Of a DNA stretch of 64,000 bases, positions 20,231 through 31,442 are shown in pieces. The stretch's first letter is position 1; each line of letters starts with the position of its first letter. The notes under the pieces were generated by a model. That model saw only the letters and a list, made by a program, of their open reading frames with translations, was not told the origin of the DNA and did no database searches. Source of the DNA: Wickerhamiella versatilis (taxonomy: Eukaryota). The stretch is from the NCBI GenBank assembly GCA_030867685.1, contig JAQOWU010000008.1, forward strand, positions 3,720,001-3,784,000. The letters run 5' to 3'. Position numbers and translations under genes: made by a program.

Positions 20231-23181
20231 ATGGGGGTCCGAGGACTGTGGCAAGTTCTTGAACCGACCGCCCGTCCTGTATTGCTAGAAAGCCTTCGTG
20301 GCAAGGTGTTGGCAATAGATGCTTCAATTTGGATATATCACTTTCTGAAGGCCATGAGGGATCCAAAAGGAACAATTCTTCGGGCGGCACATATTATTGG
20401 ATTTTTTCGCAGGATCTGCAAACTTCTTTTTTTGAAATTAAACCTGTGTTCGTGTTCGATGGTGCTGCTCCTATGCTAAAGAAACTAACCACAAAAAGAC
20501 GTGGTGAGCGGCGTCAGGGGCGAGAGATGAATGCTCGTGCTACTGCTAATAAGCTCCTAACCCTTCAGATTCAACGTCTGAGGAACAATCAGAATCAAGA
20601 GCAGACCCGCAAAGCACAAAATGATACTTCGGGCTCAGCAAATCATGTCGAAATTGTCAATGACGTGCCGGATGATGCTGTTTACATGAATGAATTGGCA
20701 GGCCCAGTAAGTCAAAGGCATAATCCTCTCGAACTTAATGACACCCCATTTGTCAAGGAGGACCAGTATCACCTTCCTCAAATTGATAAGATCGCACCCA
20801 TACGTATCAATGATCGGCGTCTTCTCACAGAAGATGAGTTAGATGAATACGCCAGGGAGTTTACAACCCAGGCACGTGCTGGCTTCATTGACACCTCATC
20901 GGTAGATTTCTCGTCCGCTGAATTCGACCGGCTTCCTTTGACTACACAATACCAACTATTGAATACTGCCCGGCTAAAGTCTAGACTACGAATGGGTTAT
21001 TCCTCAGAGGAGCTCGATCGTATGTTCCCATCCAAGATGGACTTTTCGAGGTTTCAAGTTGATCGGGTATCCCAGCGAAACTTTTTCACACAGAGACTTA
21101 TCAAACTGGTCGGAATGGAAGATGACCTCACCCGCCGAGTATCGGGTGAGAAAAACAGGGAGTATATGCTCAAGCGTAATGATCAAGGCTGGACCTTATC
21201 ACTGGAAGATCACTCTGTGGACAAAGCAGAACCACATATTAAGCGAGAAGAGGAAGATGCCTCTCAATCAGCATCTGAATCTGTTGATGACTTCGAGGAT
21301 GTCGATATAACTACTGGCCACCAAGGTGAGCCGGAACTGCCTCCTTCAGCATCTGCAACTAATTCACAAGACCTCGGTTCGGTGCAAAACCTTGAGACAA
21401 GCGAAAACGAAAATACTGCTGACATTGATGCACTCTTTGGATACGAAGATAATCTTGCTCGCAAGAACTTTTACGAATCATTAGGTGACGAAGAATCAAC
21501 TCGCGATGATATTCGCATGATGCCAGGACAGTCTTTTTTGTTTGAGCCAGCTCCTACAAAGAACTCGGGAGATACCAACTCTACTAGCCATAATTTTGAT
21601 AACGATCAACCGGTCGATTCTACAGCAAGAGAAGAAACCGAAAAGAAAGATGCCAGGAAAAAGATAATTGACCCACCGTGGTTTGCAGAGAGCAAGTTTG
21701 ATGAAGAAATGAAAGCTACTGAAAGGAATGATGGTACAGGCTTAATTGCCCGTGAAGTAATAGATCAACAGCCGCATTCTCCAGTAGGTGTTGATGACCG
21801 TCCACAGACACCACCAACACCAAGTCCGTTCAAAATTGGCCCAAGAGTGGATTCTCAATCAGAGATGGCTACCCAGGATGATGGTTCCATACTCTTGAAG
21901 GATAGCATTCAACCGGTGTCCACTGCTATTGGTAGCCACGTCAGTCAAGAGAAACCAAGTACTTCGCATGACCCTATCAATCATCCACAAGAAGAAATTT
22001 CAAAACGCCCTGGTAGTCCGTTGGGTAATAGTCCCAAAGCTCATCACAGATCTGAGTATGTTGATCTATCGAAGGATGAAGATGAGCATGCTGTGAATAC
22101 GTCAGAGCATCGCGAAGAGGAACAGGCCCGGGAACAAATCGGCGATGGAAATTTGCCTGATGACCACCATGAGATTTCTAAAGAAGATGAGGTTCTTGCT
22201 GAAGATGATGCGCAAGCGGCTGAGGACGAAGACCAGGATATTGCCGAGTTGCTAATCGGCGAAGCAGAAGAAAATGAACGGTTCGCAAAGGAGCTCAAAC
22301 CTGGACCAAGCCATTTTGATTATGATGGCGAAATCAAGCAATTAAAAGGACAATTTTCTGGAGCTTCCCGTGATGCCGATACTGTCAGCGGTGAGATGAT
22401 TCAAGAGTGCCAGGAATTGTTGCAGATATTTGGAATTCCTTATGTCACAGCGCCGACTGAGGCTGAAGCACAATGCGCGGAGCTTCTTGAGCTCAAACTC
22501 GTTGATGGTATTGTCACGGATGATGGCGATGCCTTCCTATTTGGCGACGTTGTTGTCTATCGCAACATGTTCAGCCAAGCGAAGTACGTAGAAAGCTATG
22601 AAAGCAATGTTATCGAGCGTGAGCTTGGGCTGGACAGAAAGCATATGATTGAGCTGGCATTATTGCTAGGTTCCGACTACACGGATGGCCTGCCCGGCAT
22701 TGGTCCTGTGACTGGGGTTGAGATCCTCGCTGAATTTGGAAGCCTTAGCTCGTTCCGTGAGTGGTGGGAGGATGCACAAAGGAAGCCAATAGAGGAACTA
22801 GGAAACCTGACATCATTCAAACGCCGTCTTATTCGAAACTTTTCCTCAAAACTCTTTCTACCGGCAAATTTTCCTGATTATGCAGTTTGTGATGCGTATC
22901 TACATCCATCGGTAGATACAGATACCACAAAGTTTACTTGGGGTGCTCCCGACCTTGATACGCTGAGAAAATTTTTGAATCAGACAGCGGGATGGGATGA
23001 GCAGAAAGTGAATGAAACAATTGTGCCTGTCGTGCAAGAGACCAAGCGAAGAGAGCTTCTGCGGCGCTCGGCTGGTACACAAACGTCACTGGATAACTTC
23101 TACAACAGAACTCGGGAACTGAAACTAGGCGAGCGGACGAAGAAAGCTACACGCAAGTTGCGTGAGCGACAAGGTGAATAA
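20231..23181 (+). CDS. RAD2: XPG/Rad2 nucleotide-excision-repair endonuclease, frameshifted at 20427-20433 in this sequence
   Basis: ORF 20231 gives [28 protein letters not shown] (XPG-N). It continues in another frame as [43 protein letters not shown] (XPG-I, H3TH). Confidence 0.9.
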
Positions 23182-23551
23182 GTGTTACCCACCATATTAA
23201 GCACTATTTCTAATGAAACTATTTACGCATTAACATTTCTTATAATATTTCTATATGTACATGGTCTCAAAAAAAAATCCCATTGATTCGAAACTGTAGT
23301 AAAGTAATCACGGTTTCCAGTGCAAATAACTAGAAGCTGAATGACTCAATCCCCTCCGAAAGAAATAAATTACACGCCCACAATTCATACGTAAACCTAC
23401 GAGCTCGGATTCCTAAACGTCAACTGAGTCAGGAATGCTGTAATTAGTTACTTGCAACTTCTCAGGCGTTTCAGGGGTATCTAATTAGTAATTTGCAGTA
23501 ATCTTTCTGGACTTTATCCGCTCCTTATCCGACCTCATTACTTTCCTTTCA

Positions 23552-23920
23552 ATGATGGAACGAGTCCAACCAAAGATGCTACATGAGTGGCTTGCAAGTT
23601 CCAATGCGCCTGTTGTTGTCGATGTACGGGACCATGACCGCATTGGCGGGCATGTTCTGAACTCGATCAATGTGCCCTCCCATCGATTTTGGCGAGAGGT
23701 GGATGAACTGAGTGATAAGCTGCAAGATGCTGATAGAGTTGTATTTTATTGCCAGTTCTCTCAGCAGCGTGGCCCGACATGCGCTCAGATGTATGCACGC
23801 TCGGCCCCGGCGGGCCAGCGTGTTTACGTTCTTGATGGCGGGTTCTCGGGCTGGGCTAACGAATTTGGTGGCGAGGATTCTTTTACCGATGCTTTTGCCC
23901 CAGACCTGTACCGATTCTAG
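23552..23920 (+). CDS. YCH1: Cdc25-like rhodanese-fold phosphatase/arsenate reductase (Ych1/Ibp1 family)
   Basis: VVDVRDHDRIGGHV, active loop FYCQFSQQRGP (CX5R), VLDGGFSGW. Confidence 0.8.
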   Translation: MMERVQPKMLHEWLASSNAPVVVDVRDHDRIGGHVLNSINVPSHRFWREVDELSDKLQDADRVVFYCQFSQQRGPTCAQMYARSAPAGQRVYVLDGGFSGWANEFGGEDSFTDAFAPDLYRF

Positions 23921-23982
23921 TACTATTTTTTATAGAGATTATGGTTAGATAAAACATAAGATATATCAATTCTGAATTTATT

Positions 23983-25128
23983 TCAATTTTGAGCTTCAGA
24001 AGCCGTCTTTTCTTCATCATTGTTGGTTCCTTCTTGCTCTTTCTCTTCATGTTCTGCCAGCTCCTGTGGTGGGGAAGCTGGTTGAGACTCAATTTTCCTG
24101 GCAACCCAATCCCGAACGTGATTGAACATGCTGGGGGATCTCAACCCAGGCGAGCCCGATCCACCCTGAAAGCTAGATTCATAGTCTGATGGTCTCACTA
24201 TTTGTGCCACTACGCTGAGGAGATCAGCTAGTCTGTCACGAGTAGTGTTTTCGACGTTTGTCTTCCAGCTTTCCTGGAATGCATTAACATGACGACGAAG
24301 TTCAAGCTCATTCTTCTTAAGCCAAGAAACATTGAGATCCTTTCTGTTCACGCCGCGTGCAAAATTCCGCATAAGATACTGGTCGTAGTCTCGAATGATC
24401 TTTGTGATGATGTCCGATGTCGAGACACCATCTGTACGCTGAGTGACTAAAAACATTCCTTCTTCTTTAACAAATTTGTATACGTCCTCCTGCCCTGCAG
24501 ACTCGTAAGGAATGTCGTCATGCGCGACGTAGTCAATTTTGTGTTCGTCGATAAATTCTTGGGTGACTGTCCAAGGGGCATTGGGAACAACCTCATCAAC
24601 CCAGCGGCAGTGTCTGAGGGTTTCGCATCGCTGCTCGTCACTCAGCACTGTAAGGCCCTTATAACGATGCGTCAACGAGTCGCTGGGCACTCCCACAATC
24701 ATTGTCACATTAGGAAAACTCTTCTTTGCTTGCTCTAACTGTTTCATGTGCCCAAGATGAAAGAGGTCGAATACACCATCCGCATAAACGCGAACTGGAC
24801 GATCCTTAGGGGGGATATTGAGCCCGTGGCCATACGGGCGGAATCGGCGATATTCAGGCGGTAGCTCGGCATCTAAGGCCTTCTCACGCTCTTCAATTCT
24901 CCTATGCTCTTCCTGCTCCTCGGGAGATGGAGTTGCAGGCTTCTGAATCTCTGGACGGTGCTCATTCCATCTATTTTCGGATTGGACGTCATCCGCGATA
25001 TCTTGATCATAGGAGTCCAAGGAGAGAATAGACTTCAAAATCTGCGATGCCGCTACTTTGGGTCTCTTCGGTGAAGAGTCATCCTTTTCCTCTGAGGACC
25101 GCTTTATTGGTGTTTTGTCCTCCGCCAT
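23983..25128 (-). CDS. PCT1: Choline-phosphate cytidylyltransferase
   Basis: [42 protein letters not shown]. Confidence 0.95.
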   Translation of the reverse strand: MAEDKTPIKRSSEEKDDSSPKRPKVAASQILKSILSLDSYDQDIADDVQSENRWNEHRPEIQKPATPSPEEQEEHRRIEEREKALDAELPPEYRRFRPYGHGLNIPPKDRPVRVYADGVFDLFHLGHMKQLEQAKKSFPNVTMIVGVPSDSLTHRYKGLTVLSDEQRCETLRHCRWVDEVVPNAPWTVTQEFIDEHKIDYVAHDDIPYESAGQEDVYKFVKEEGMFLVTQRTDGVSTSDIITKIIRDYDQYLMRNFARGVNRKDLNVSWLKKNELELRRHVNAFQESWKTNVENTTRDRLADLLSVVAQIVRPSDYESSFQGGSGSPGLRSPSMFNHVRDWVARKIESQPASPPQELAEHEEKEQEGTNNDEEKTASEAQN

Positions 25129-25801
25129 GCTACACGTTCCACCAGCTAACCTATTTGTCAGAGATATGTCACAGATTCTTATATACCAGCTGTCAAAATA
25201 CGATTAGCTCTCAACCTGTCTAAACTTTCACTGTTCATTATTTTTGACCATTCCACAACTAAGTTTAAATGAAGTCGTTGAGACGTAAAATCACGTGAAA
25301 CATCTGACTCATGCTGGAAGAAATTTGAGATAGTCCCAATAATATATATGTGGCAAATACGTTGTTGCTATTCTATTACGACATGGTGTATACTCGAGGA
25401 CATAAAAAAACAAGATCAGAAGAACTTAATTATCAAACCCTATTCAAAAATTTTTCCATAAAATCAGTTGCCCTATTCCGACAAATTTCCATCTCTACAT
25501 GCACCTCGTCTACAATTACACCCTAACCCCGGCAATGCGACGTATTCACCCTGGTATCGAGATAGATTATAGATTTCGGCAATTTAATTGAGGGGTAATT
25601 GACTTGTCACATAAGACCAACCTTAAACAATTTAATTGGCCAAGAATGGCCATGCCATCAGCTGCTATAGTTTAGATTTCAATTTGGGTGACGTCAGCCG
25701 TCGGATTGTTTCGCGTAACTACTAGGGTATGGGTAGCAAGCGAGATGTACGGAATCAATATTTAAGAAGGAGCATCGCCTAAGCTTAAGAAGTAGATTAA
25801 A

Positions 25802-27559
25802 ATGCCTACTATTCCTCTTGGTGATTATTTGTTTCAACGGTTGCGTCAGTTGGGTGTGCAACATATCTTTGGTGTTCCCGGTGACTTTAATTTGAAGCTA
25901 CTGGATTATATCGATGATGTTGATGGACTCGATTGGGTAGGCAACTGCAACGAGTTGAATGCCAGTTACGCTGCTGATGGCTATGCTCGTATGACTGGTC
26001 TTCCTGGTTGTTTCGTAACGACTTTCGGTGTAGGTGAGATGTCTGCCATGAATGGCGTGTCAGGTGCTTGCGCCGAGTCTGTACCATTGCTGCATATCGT
26101 AGGTGCCACACCAAGGTATGCTCAGGAACAGCACCTTATTATGCACCACTCCCCAGCTCCTAATGGTGAGTTCGGCCTTGAGGGAAATAATCATCATGAT
26201 TATTTGAAGTCTGCCGCCCCATTCAATTCAGCTGCAGAGGTGCTATGGGACCCATATCTTATGCCGGACCAGATCGATGAAGTAATTCGTACAGTTTACC
26301 GCCTTAACAAGCCAGGCTCGCTCTACATCCCAATTGATACTATTAGTCTTGAGGTCGATGATACTAACCTCAACCAACCCATTGTTCGCGATGTGCCTGT
26401 CCACCCATTGACTACTGAAGTAGTGGAAAAGATTTTGGAGGCTTACAAGGCGGCCAAGAACCCATTGGTTCTGCTGGACGGTTGCTCCACCAGGTGGTTC
26501 AGTCAGAAGGAGATTGCAGATATTGTGGAGCGCACTGGCTCTTGGAGTGCCGTCACACTCATGGGTCGTGGCTCTATCTGCGAGCAACACCCAAGCTTCC
26601 TGGGTGTTTACACCGGACATGTTGAGCGTGATGTATGCAAAGCCGTTGAGAAGGACGCAGACTTTGTACTCAACATTGGCCCAGTAATCACTGACTTCAA
26701 TACCGGTGCTTTCAGCCGTGACATTCCGCAAGATAAGCTCATCATGCTTCATTCCCGATGGGCTAACGTCTATGGACGTGAATATGGTGGTGTTAACTTC
26801 AAGCATGTTATTGAGCGCGTGCTTGCAGAGCTTCCAGCCAAGCCACAGGCTGATGCCTCTCGTGCGAAGCCTGTGATTCACAGGTGGGGTGAGGACCTGC
26901 CTCTCAAGGGTGAGATCAAGCAGGATATCTTGCCTCGCTTGATTCAGGAGTTCTTGACCCCAGAATCGACTTTGATTGTTGAAACTTCAACAATGCAGAG
27001 TAACTCTGCAAACCTTGTCCTCCCTGCAGCTGGTACTTTCTGGACACAGATCTTCTATGCCTCTATTGGTTACGCCTTGCCCTCTTCATTTGGCGCTGCA
27101 TTGGGTAAGGAAGTCATTAAGGCTGATAACAAGCGTGTATTCGTCGTTGAAGGTGATGGATCTGCGCAGTTGACTATCCAGGAACTGGGTAAGATTATCC
27201 AGCACAAATTGCCAGTAACAATCTTCCTTATGAACAACACCGGATATGAGATTGAGCGTGCTATTTGGGGTGTTAACGCCGAATACAACGAGATCTCCCC
27301 CAACTGGCAATGGTCTAAGCTTCCTGAGGTGATGGGTGCTGCACCTGGTACCACTGAGAGCTACCAGGTATCTACTGCTGAAGAGCTTGTGGCTCTTGCC
27401 CACAACAAGGAGTTCAGGGAGTCCAAGAAGCCACAGTTCGTTGAGCTTCTTATGCCTAAGCATGACGTTCCTCAGACCCTTAAGCAGCAAACTGTGCTCA
27501 ATGCTGCTATTTCGCAATATAGGGTCCGCCAGTGGCAGTCCAAGGTTGGCCACAAATAA
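25802..27559 (+). CDS. ARO10: Thiamine-diphosphate-dependent 2-oxoacid decarboxylase, Aro10-like
   Basis: FGVPGDFNL, NELNASYAADGYAR and GDGS..NN ThDP motif. The insertion after HH (GNNHHDY..DQIDEVIRTVYRLNKPGSLYIP) resembles Aro10 more than Pdc1. Confidence 0.75.
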   Translation: MPTIPLGDYLFQRLRQLGVQHIFGVPGDFNLKLLDYIDDVDGLDWVGNCNELNASYAADGYARMTGLPGCFVTTFGVGEMSAMNGVSGACAESVPLLHIVGATPRYAQEQHLIMHHSPAPNGEFGLEGNNHHDYLKSAAPFNSAAEVLWDPYLMPDQIDEVIRTVYRLNKPGSLYIPIDTISLEVDDTNLNQPIVRDVPVHPLTTEVVEKILEAYKAAKNPLVLLDGCSTRWFSQKEIADIVERTGSWSAVTLMGRGSICEQHPSFLGVYTGHVERDVCKAVEKDADFVLNIGPVITDFNTGAFSRDIPQDKLIMLHSRWANVYGREYGGVNFKHVIERVLAELPAKPQADASRAKPVIHRWGEDLPLKGEIKQDILPRLIQEFLTPESTLIVETSTMQSNSANLVLPAAGTFWTQIFYASIGYALPSSFGAALGKEVIKADNKRVFVVEGDGSAQLTIQELGKIIQHKLPVTIFLMNNTGYEIERAIWGVNAEYNEISPNWQWSKLPEVMGAAPGTTESYQVSTAEELVALAHNKEFRESKKPQFVELLMPKHDVPQTLKQQTVLNAAISQYRVRQWQSKVGHK

Positions 27560-27816
27560 GCGGATAATATATATCTTGCAATTTGCAGTACTCTTAAAAT
27601 ACAATAAAATGTTATATCTAATAACTGCATTCTATTTTTTCACAAACTATGCATATATAATAACTATGGTATGCTGCTACGTGTCCTACATATCTGTGGA
27701 TAAGCTAAGGCTTCAACTTCTGAGCATGTAGATGTATGCATAAGGAGGTCTAAGGGGGTATAGACCGGTAAGGTCGTCCCCCTCTCTTTGAATTTATTTA
27801 TTAAGGTCATTGATAA

Positions 27817-28503
27817 TTATTCGGATGCTATATCATTAAGGTCATATAATTGCAGTCTAAAGGTTGAAGGTAGCTCTCCGACGTTGTAATAACTATATGG
27901 TGGGCTCTGAGGAGTGGGATAAGTTGATGAAGATGCCATGTGGTCAAAACTCGGCGATACTGCGGGTTTCGCTGGCTTTGATGGAGTCACTGGAGTGCCT
28001 CGCAATGCATTGGCTTGTTTGAAGATTTTATTCATAATTGCCGAGCCTGTCTTTCGTTCGAGATGCTCTGAAGCCACCTGTAAATCAGTCAAAGAGAATT
28101 CTTTGTTCGTTATTATCGCCATGAGGAGACAAACCCTCTGACTTTTGCGCAAATGATCAGGCTCTTTATGGGGAACTCCCACAGGCCACCATGGTGGCCT
28201 ACTTATATCACCATAGCTATAAGGGTAAAACTTCCGCTTGTGAGGCTCAATTTCTTTTATCCACAAACGTACAAGCTCCTTGCACCATGACAGTTTAAGA
28301 TTTTCAAATGTAGCTTTAAGGCCTTGGCCCTGAAGTGACGAGACATGGCTACTAGAATCATCTCGGACTGATGATTCTCGAGCATCAAGATCTTCCTCAA
28401 TATTTATCAATTCACCATCGTTCTTTTTGGCCAAAAGCTTAAAATTGGTGTATCCTGCCAGACGCAGTATTGCTGCAATCGAGATCTTAGTTGTACCATC
28501 CAT
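27817..28503 (-). CDS. DUF2841 (YDR124W-like) protein
   Basis: WIKEIEPHKRKFYPY, PPWWPVGVPHKEPDHLRK. Confidence 0.7.
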   Translation of the reverse strand: MDGTTKISIAAILRLAGYTNFKLLAKKNDGELINIEEDLDARESSVRDDSSSHVSSLQGQGLKATFENLKLSWCKELVRLWIKEIEPHKRKFYPYSYGDISRPPWWPVGVPHKEPDHLRKSQRVCLLMAIITNKEFSLTDLQVASEHLERKTGSAIMNKIFKQANALRGTPVTPSKPAKPAVSPSFDHMASSSTYPTPQSPPYSYYNVGELPSTFRLQLYDLNDIASE

Positions 28504-28882
28504 TTTTAACTATCAGTGTTGTTCTATTTGATCTAATATATAATACTAATCTTTGGCGGTTCTAGCAATATTTTTAGTTTAATCCATATGAATGAACGCA
28601 TGTATTGATGAGTCAGTAATGGTGGGATTACCATAATAGGAAATTTAGGCTCACAGCCTATGAAGGCAGTAGAGAAACTGGCATACTTGCAGATAGTATA
28701 AATCCAAATCATTCCACTATTTTCCTCTAACTAATTTTCTCGAGCTGGCTACTTTTGGGGAAGCAATTTCTTATTTTATCATCGCAACAGTCAGCTAGCC
28801 CTAGAAGACCGGCGAAATTTGTCGCAAAAGCTTTCACATTAAAAAAAATTAAAAACTATAGCAGATAGATAAGTGTTAATTT

Positions 28883-31354
28883 TCAGATACGCATAAGGTT
28901 ACGAGCATCGAAATCGGGAGGTGCTTGAGTGATAGCTATAGATCCATCTGGCATTAATTCTGCTCCAGAGCAGCTAGCTCTTAAGTCTGTGAAGAGTGTT
29001 TGCATTTCTGTTGCTTGGTCAACCGCTATCCCTTTTTCATCCCTCGGAAGCCACACACAAGGTCTCTGTGCTCTGACATCAGGATGAACGAATAGCTGCT
29101 TGGTAACTTCTTCTTGTTGAGCACGGCTTAGCGAGTGAAATTCTGTATCGAGATCATCGAAAAGTGAAATCCATTGGTCTGTAGAAGGCGATAAATCTTG
29201 ACATTTGATATCAGGGCTAGTCTGCTTCACTATTGGTGTTGTCGTAGCAGGGTTCGACGCGTCGATAGGGATTCGTGTATTCATATCTTGAAAGCTCTTA
29301 TTGAGACGGTGTTGTGCCACCATGGTCATAATAATTAGCGCTGCCGACAAGCCTGCAAGTACTGGTTGTTGAGCTAGAAGCAGAGTCCCTAGCAAGCTCA
29401 ACTCCTGGCAATATATTCCTGAAAAGAGCTGAAATATTGCCCTAGGATAATAATTTCCATCAGCAATACATTGAGGAACATAGCAGAAAATGATTCGATA
29501 TTTAAATGCCACGAACAAGCAGCTGGATCCTAACACAGCGGCAAATAGAATAAGAGGGGACACTAAGGAGTATGCCAGAGAAATCGAGCAAATATTGGTC
29601 ACTGTAGGGTAGAGACTTCCCCACATTAGAGGCTGAAATGCTGAAAGGTCTACTAGCTTCTGACGTGGGGTTGTATTAAAAAAACGAGCCCAATGATGAC
29701 GAAAAATATTTTCTAGCTGCAATAGAGTGTTTCCAGAACACGTCATCGAACTTGCGATCAGATAAGATATAAAGAATGTCGTGGCTTTTGGCAAGGAGCT
29801 CGCAAGCGTGATAGCTCCTTCACTTGCATTTAAAAGTATGCGCATAGCTAGAGATGGAAGCCCTGTAGCCAAAGTTACGATCAAGAACAGCTGGAAAAAC
29901 ATGAAAAGAAATAAGTACTTTTGCACATCCATTTCAACAAGTGTCCTGGTGGGATAGCCTTTCAATTCAGCTAATGTTCTGAAAATGAAGGGAACTTGAC
30001 TGGTTAACCACGATAGAACTAGCGGAGATATTATGCTTGTCATTACTTTGGTCAATCGGGGATTTCTCACCAATATCTGTAACCTGGGTGCCAATTCAGC
30101 CATGTACTCAACCTGTGTGATCATACTGACAATGGCTACAGGAAGGGCCCAACCAAAAATTACAAAGTAATCTAAGATTTCCGCGAGACCTCGGAGTGCC
30201 GACTCCAGATATGTACGCATGCTCAAGTTTGTCCAAACAACATCCATTGGGTATACATCATCGAAGCACTGAGCACCTGGTCCATTAGAACACTTTTTAC
30301 CATTAACTCCCATTACACGGGTTGCCATGAAGCATGCAAGACTAGAATCAAACTGAATAAAACAAGAATTCACTTGGGAGAATAAGTCTGCTTGGCTTTG
30401 CATTAAAAATACTTGTGAATTCACTCGGCTCAATTCCGACTTGAGCCATGTCAACAAACTTCCTTTTCGCGCATGCATACCTTCCAATTCCGCATCGCCC
30501 AAATATTGACGCCACAGATTTCCGGTTATTGTGGCTTCCTTTACATCATACTCCTCTTTTGATTCCTGGCACTTCTCAATTAACCAAGTTGATTGTGTTT
30601 CTAGCATATCCAATAGCTTCTTTTGTCTTCTGACTAGTCGGTGAAGGGCTGTAAAATCTCGATTAAACCAAATATGTCTGACCTGACCGTTCAATCCACC
30701 GTAAAAACGATAGATTGCATCACTCGTCTGATACTCGGGGTATAAGCCCTTGATTAGAAGTGTGCTTGAAGATTCTGGTGCATAATCTCTTAGCAGGTGA
30801 TTTGCCCGAATCCTATAATAGGTTTGTAACTCCATACGAAAGGCTTGAACAAGTGTAACAACAGAACAAATACAGAGAAGCAGATGTGCTATGTGCCTCT
30901 GGCTATTTTCGAGCGAGATGTTCGAGACGGTAAGCTTATCTAGGACGTTTCTGCTTTCTCCACCACCCGTAAAATGCAAAGGCAGGAGTACAGGGACCAT
31001 AATACAACCTAGTACACCGTTCATAACGATTACAAAAAGTAAATAACGCAGGAAAAAATAAGCATCAAGTCCCACCGTATGAGGAATAGAATGGAGAGGT
31101 GTTCGCAAGGTAACTTGCAGCCATGAAAGCATACCTGGAGGAACGGGCGGTACGCGCATATGTCTCGGTACAATATAAGTTCTAGGTTCGTACACTTCCC
31201 TATATTTTTTACGCAATAAAGAGAAGAGTAAGACCTGTAGAAGCACAAGTATAAACGAAACAGTGAGAGAAACAATCAAACCCTGCGCTGTCATACCTCG
31301 AGATTTAGGGTGAGGCTCTCCACTAATAAGAATTTCAACAAGTTCCTCTCTCAT
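28883..31354 (-). CDS. CSC1/OSCA/TMEM63 (DUF221) family membrane protein, Spo75-like
   Basis: YEPRTY, GLDAYFFLRYL, SLPKATTFFISY and YYPRAIFQLFSGIY; multiple TM segments. Start is uncertain (ATG at 31402, 31354 or 31294). Confidence 0.8.
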   Translation of the reverse strand: MREELVEILISGEPHPKSRGMTAQGLIVSLTVSFILVLLQVLLFSLLRKKYREVYEPRTYIVPRHMRVPPVPPGMLSWLQVTLRTPLHSIPHTVGLDAYFFLRYLLFVIVMNGVLGCIMVPVLLPLHFTGGGESRNVLDKLTVSNISLENSQRHIAHLLLCICSVVTLVQAFRMELQTYYRIRANHLLRDYAPESSSTLLIKGLYPEYQTSDAIYRFYGGLNGQVRHIWFNRDFTALHRLVRRQKKLLDMLETQSTWLIEKCQESKEEYDVKEATITGNLWRQYLGDAELEGMHARKGSLLTWLKSELSRVNSQVFLMQSQADLFSQVNSCFIQFDSSLACFMATRVMGVNGKKCSNGPGAQCFDDVYPMDVVWTNLSMRTYLESALRGLAEILDYFVIFGWALPVAIVSMITQVEYMAELAPRLQILVRNPRLTKVMTSIISPLVLSWLTSQVPFIFRTLAELKGYPTRTLVEMDVQKYLFLFMFFQLFLIVTLATGLPSLAMRILLNASEGAITLASSLPKATTFFISYLIASSMTCSGNTLLQLENIFRHHWARFFNTTPRQKLVDLSAFQPLMWGSLYPTVTNICSISLAYSLVSPLILFAAVLGSSCLFVAFKYRIIFCYVPQCIADGNYYPRAIFQLFSGIYCQELSLLGTLLLAQQPVLAGLSAALIIMTMVAQHRLNKSFQDMNTRIPIDASNPATTTPIVKQTSPDIKCQDLSPSTDQWISLFDDLDTEFHSLSRAQQEEVTKQLFVHPDVRAQRPCVWLPRDEKGIAVDQATEMQTLFTDLRASCSGAELMPDGSIAITQAPPDFDARNLMRI

Positions 31355-31442
31355 GACATCTCTAGGCAAAAGTTGAAGAACAGGTTCCGCGCCGAACCAC
31401 ATGTGGTACCTTAGTCATCCGGGTACCACCCTTTCTAAATTT

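Noticed and set aside
20206-20304. Extended ELP5 N-terminus overlapping RAD2, as given in the ORF track
   Set aside because: It begins at TTG, which is not an expected start in a eukaryote; family similarity begins at the ATG at 20205.
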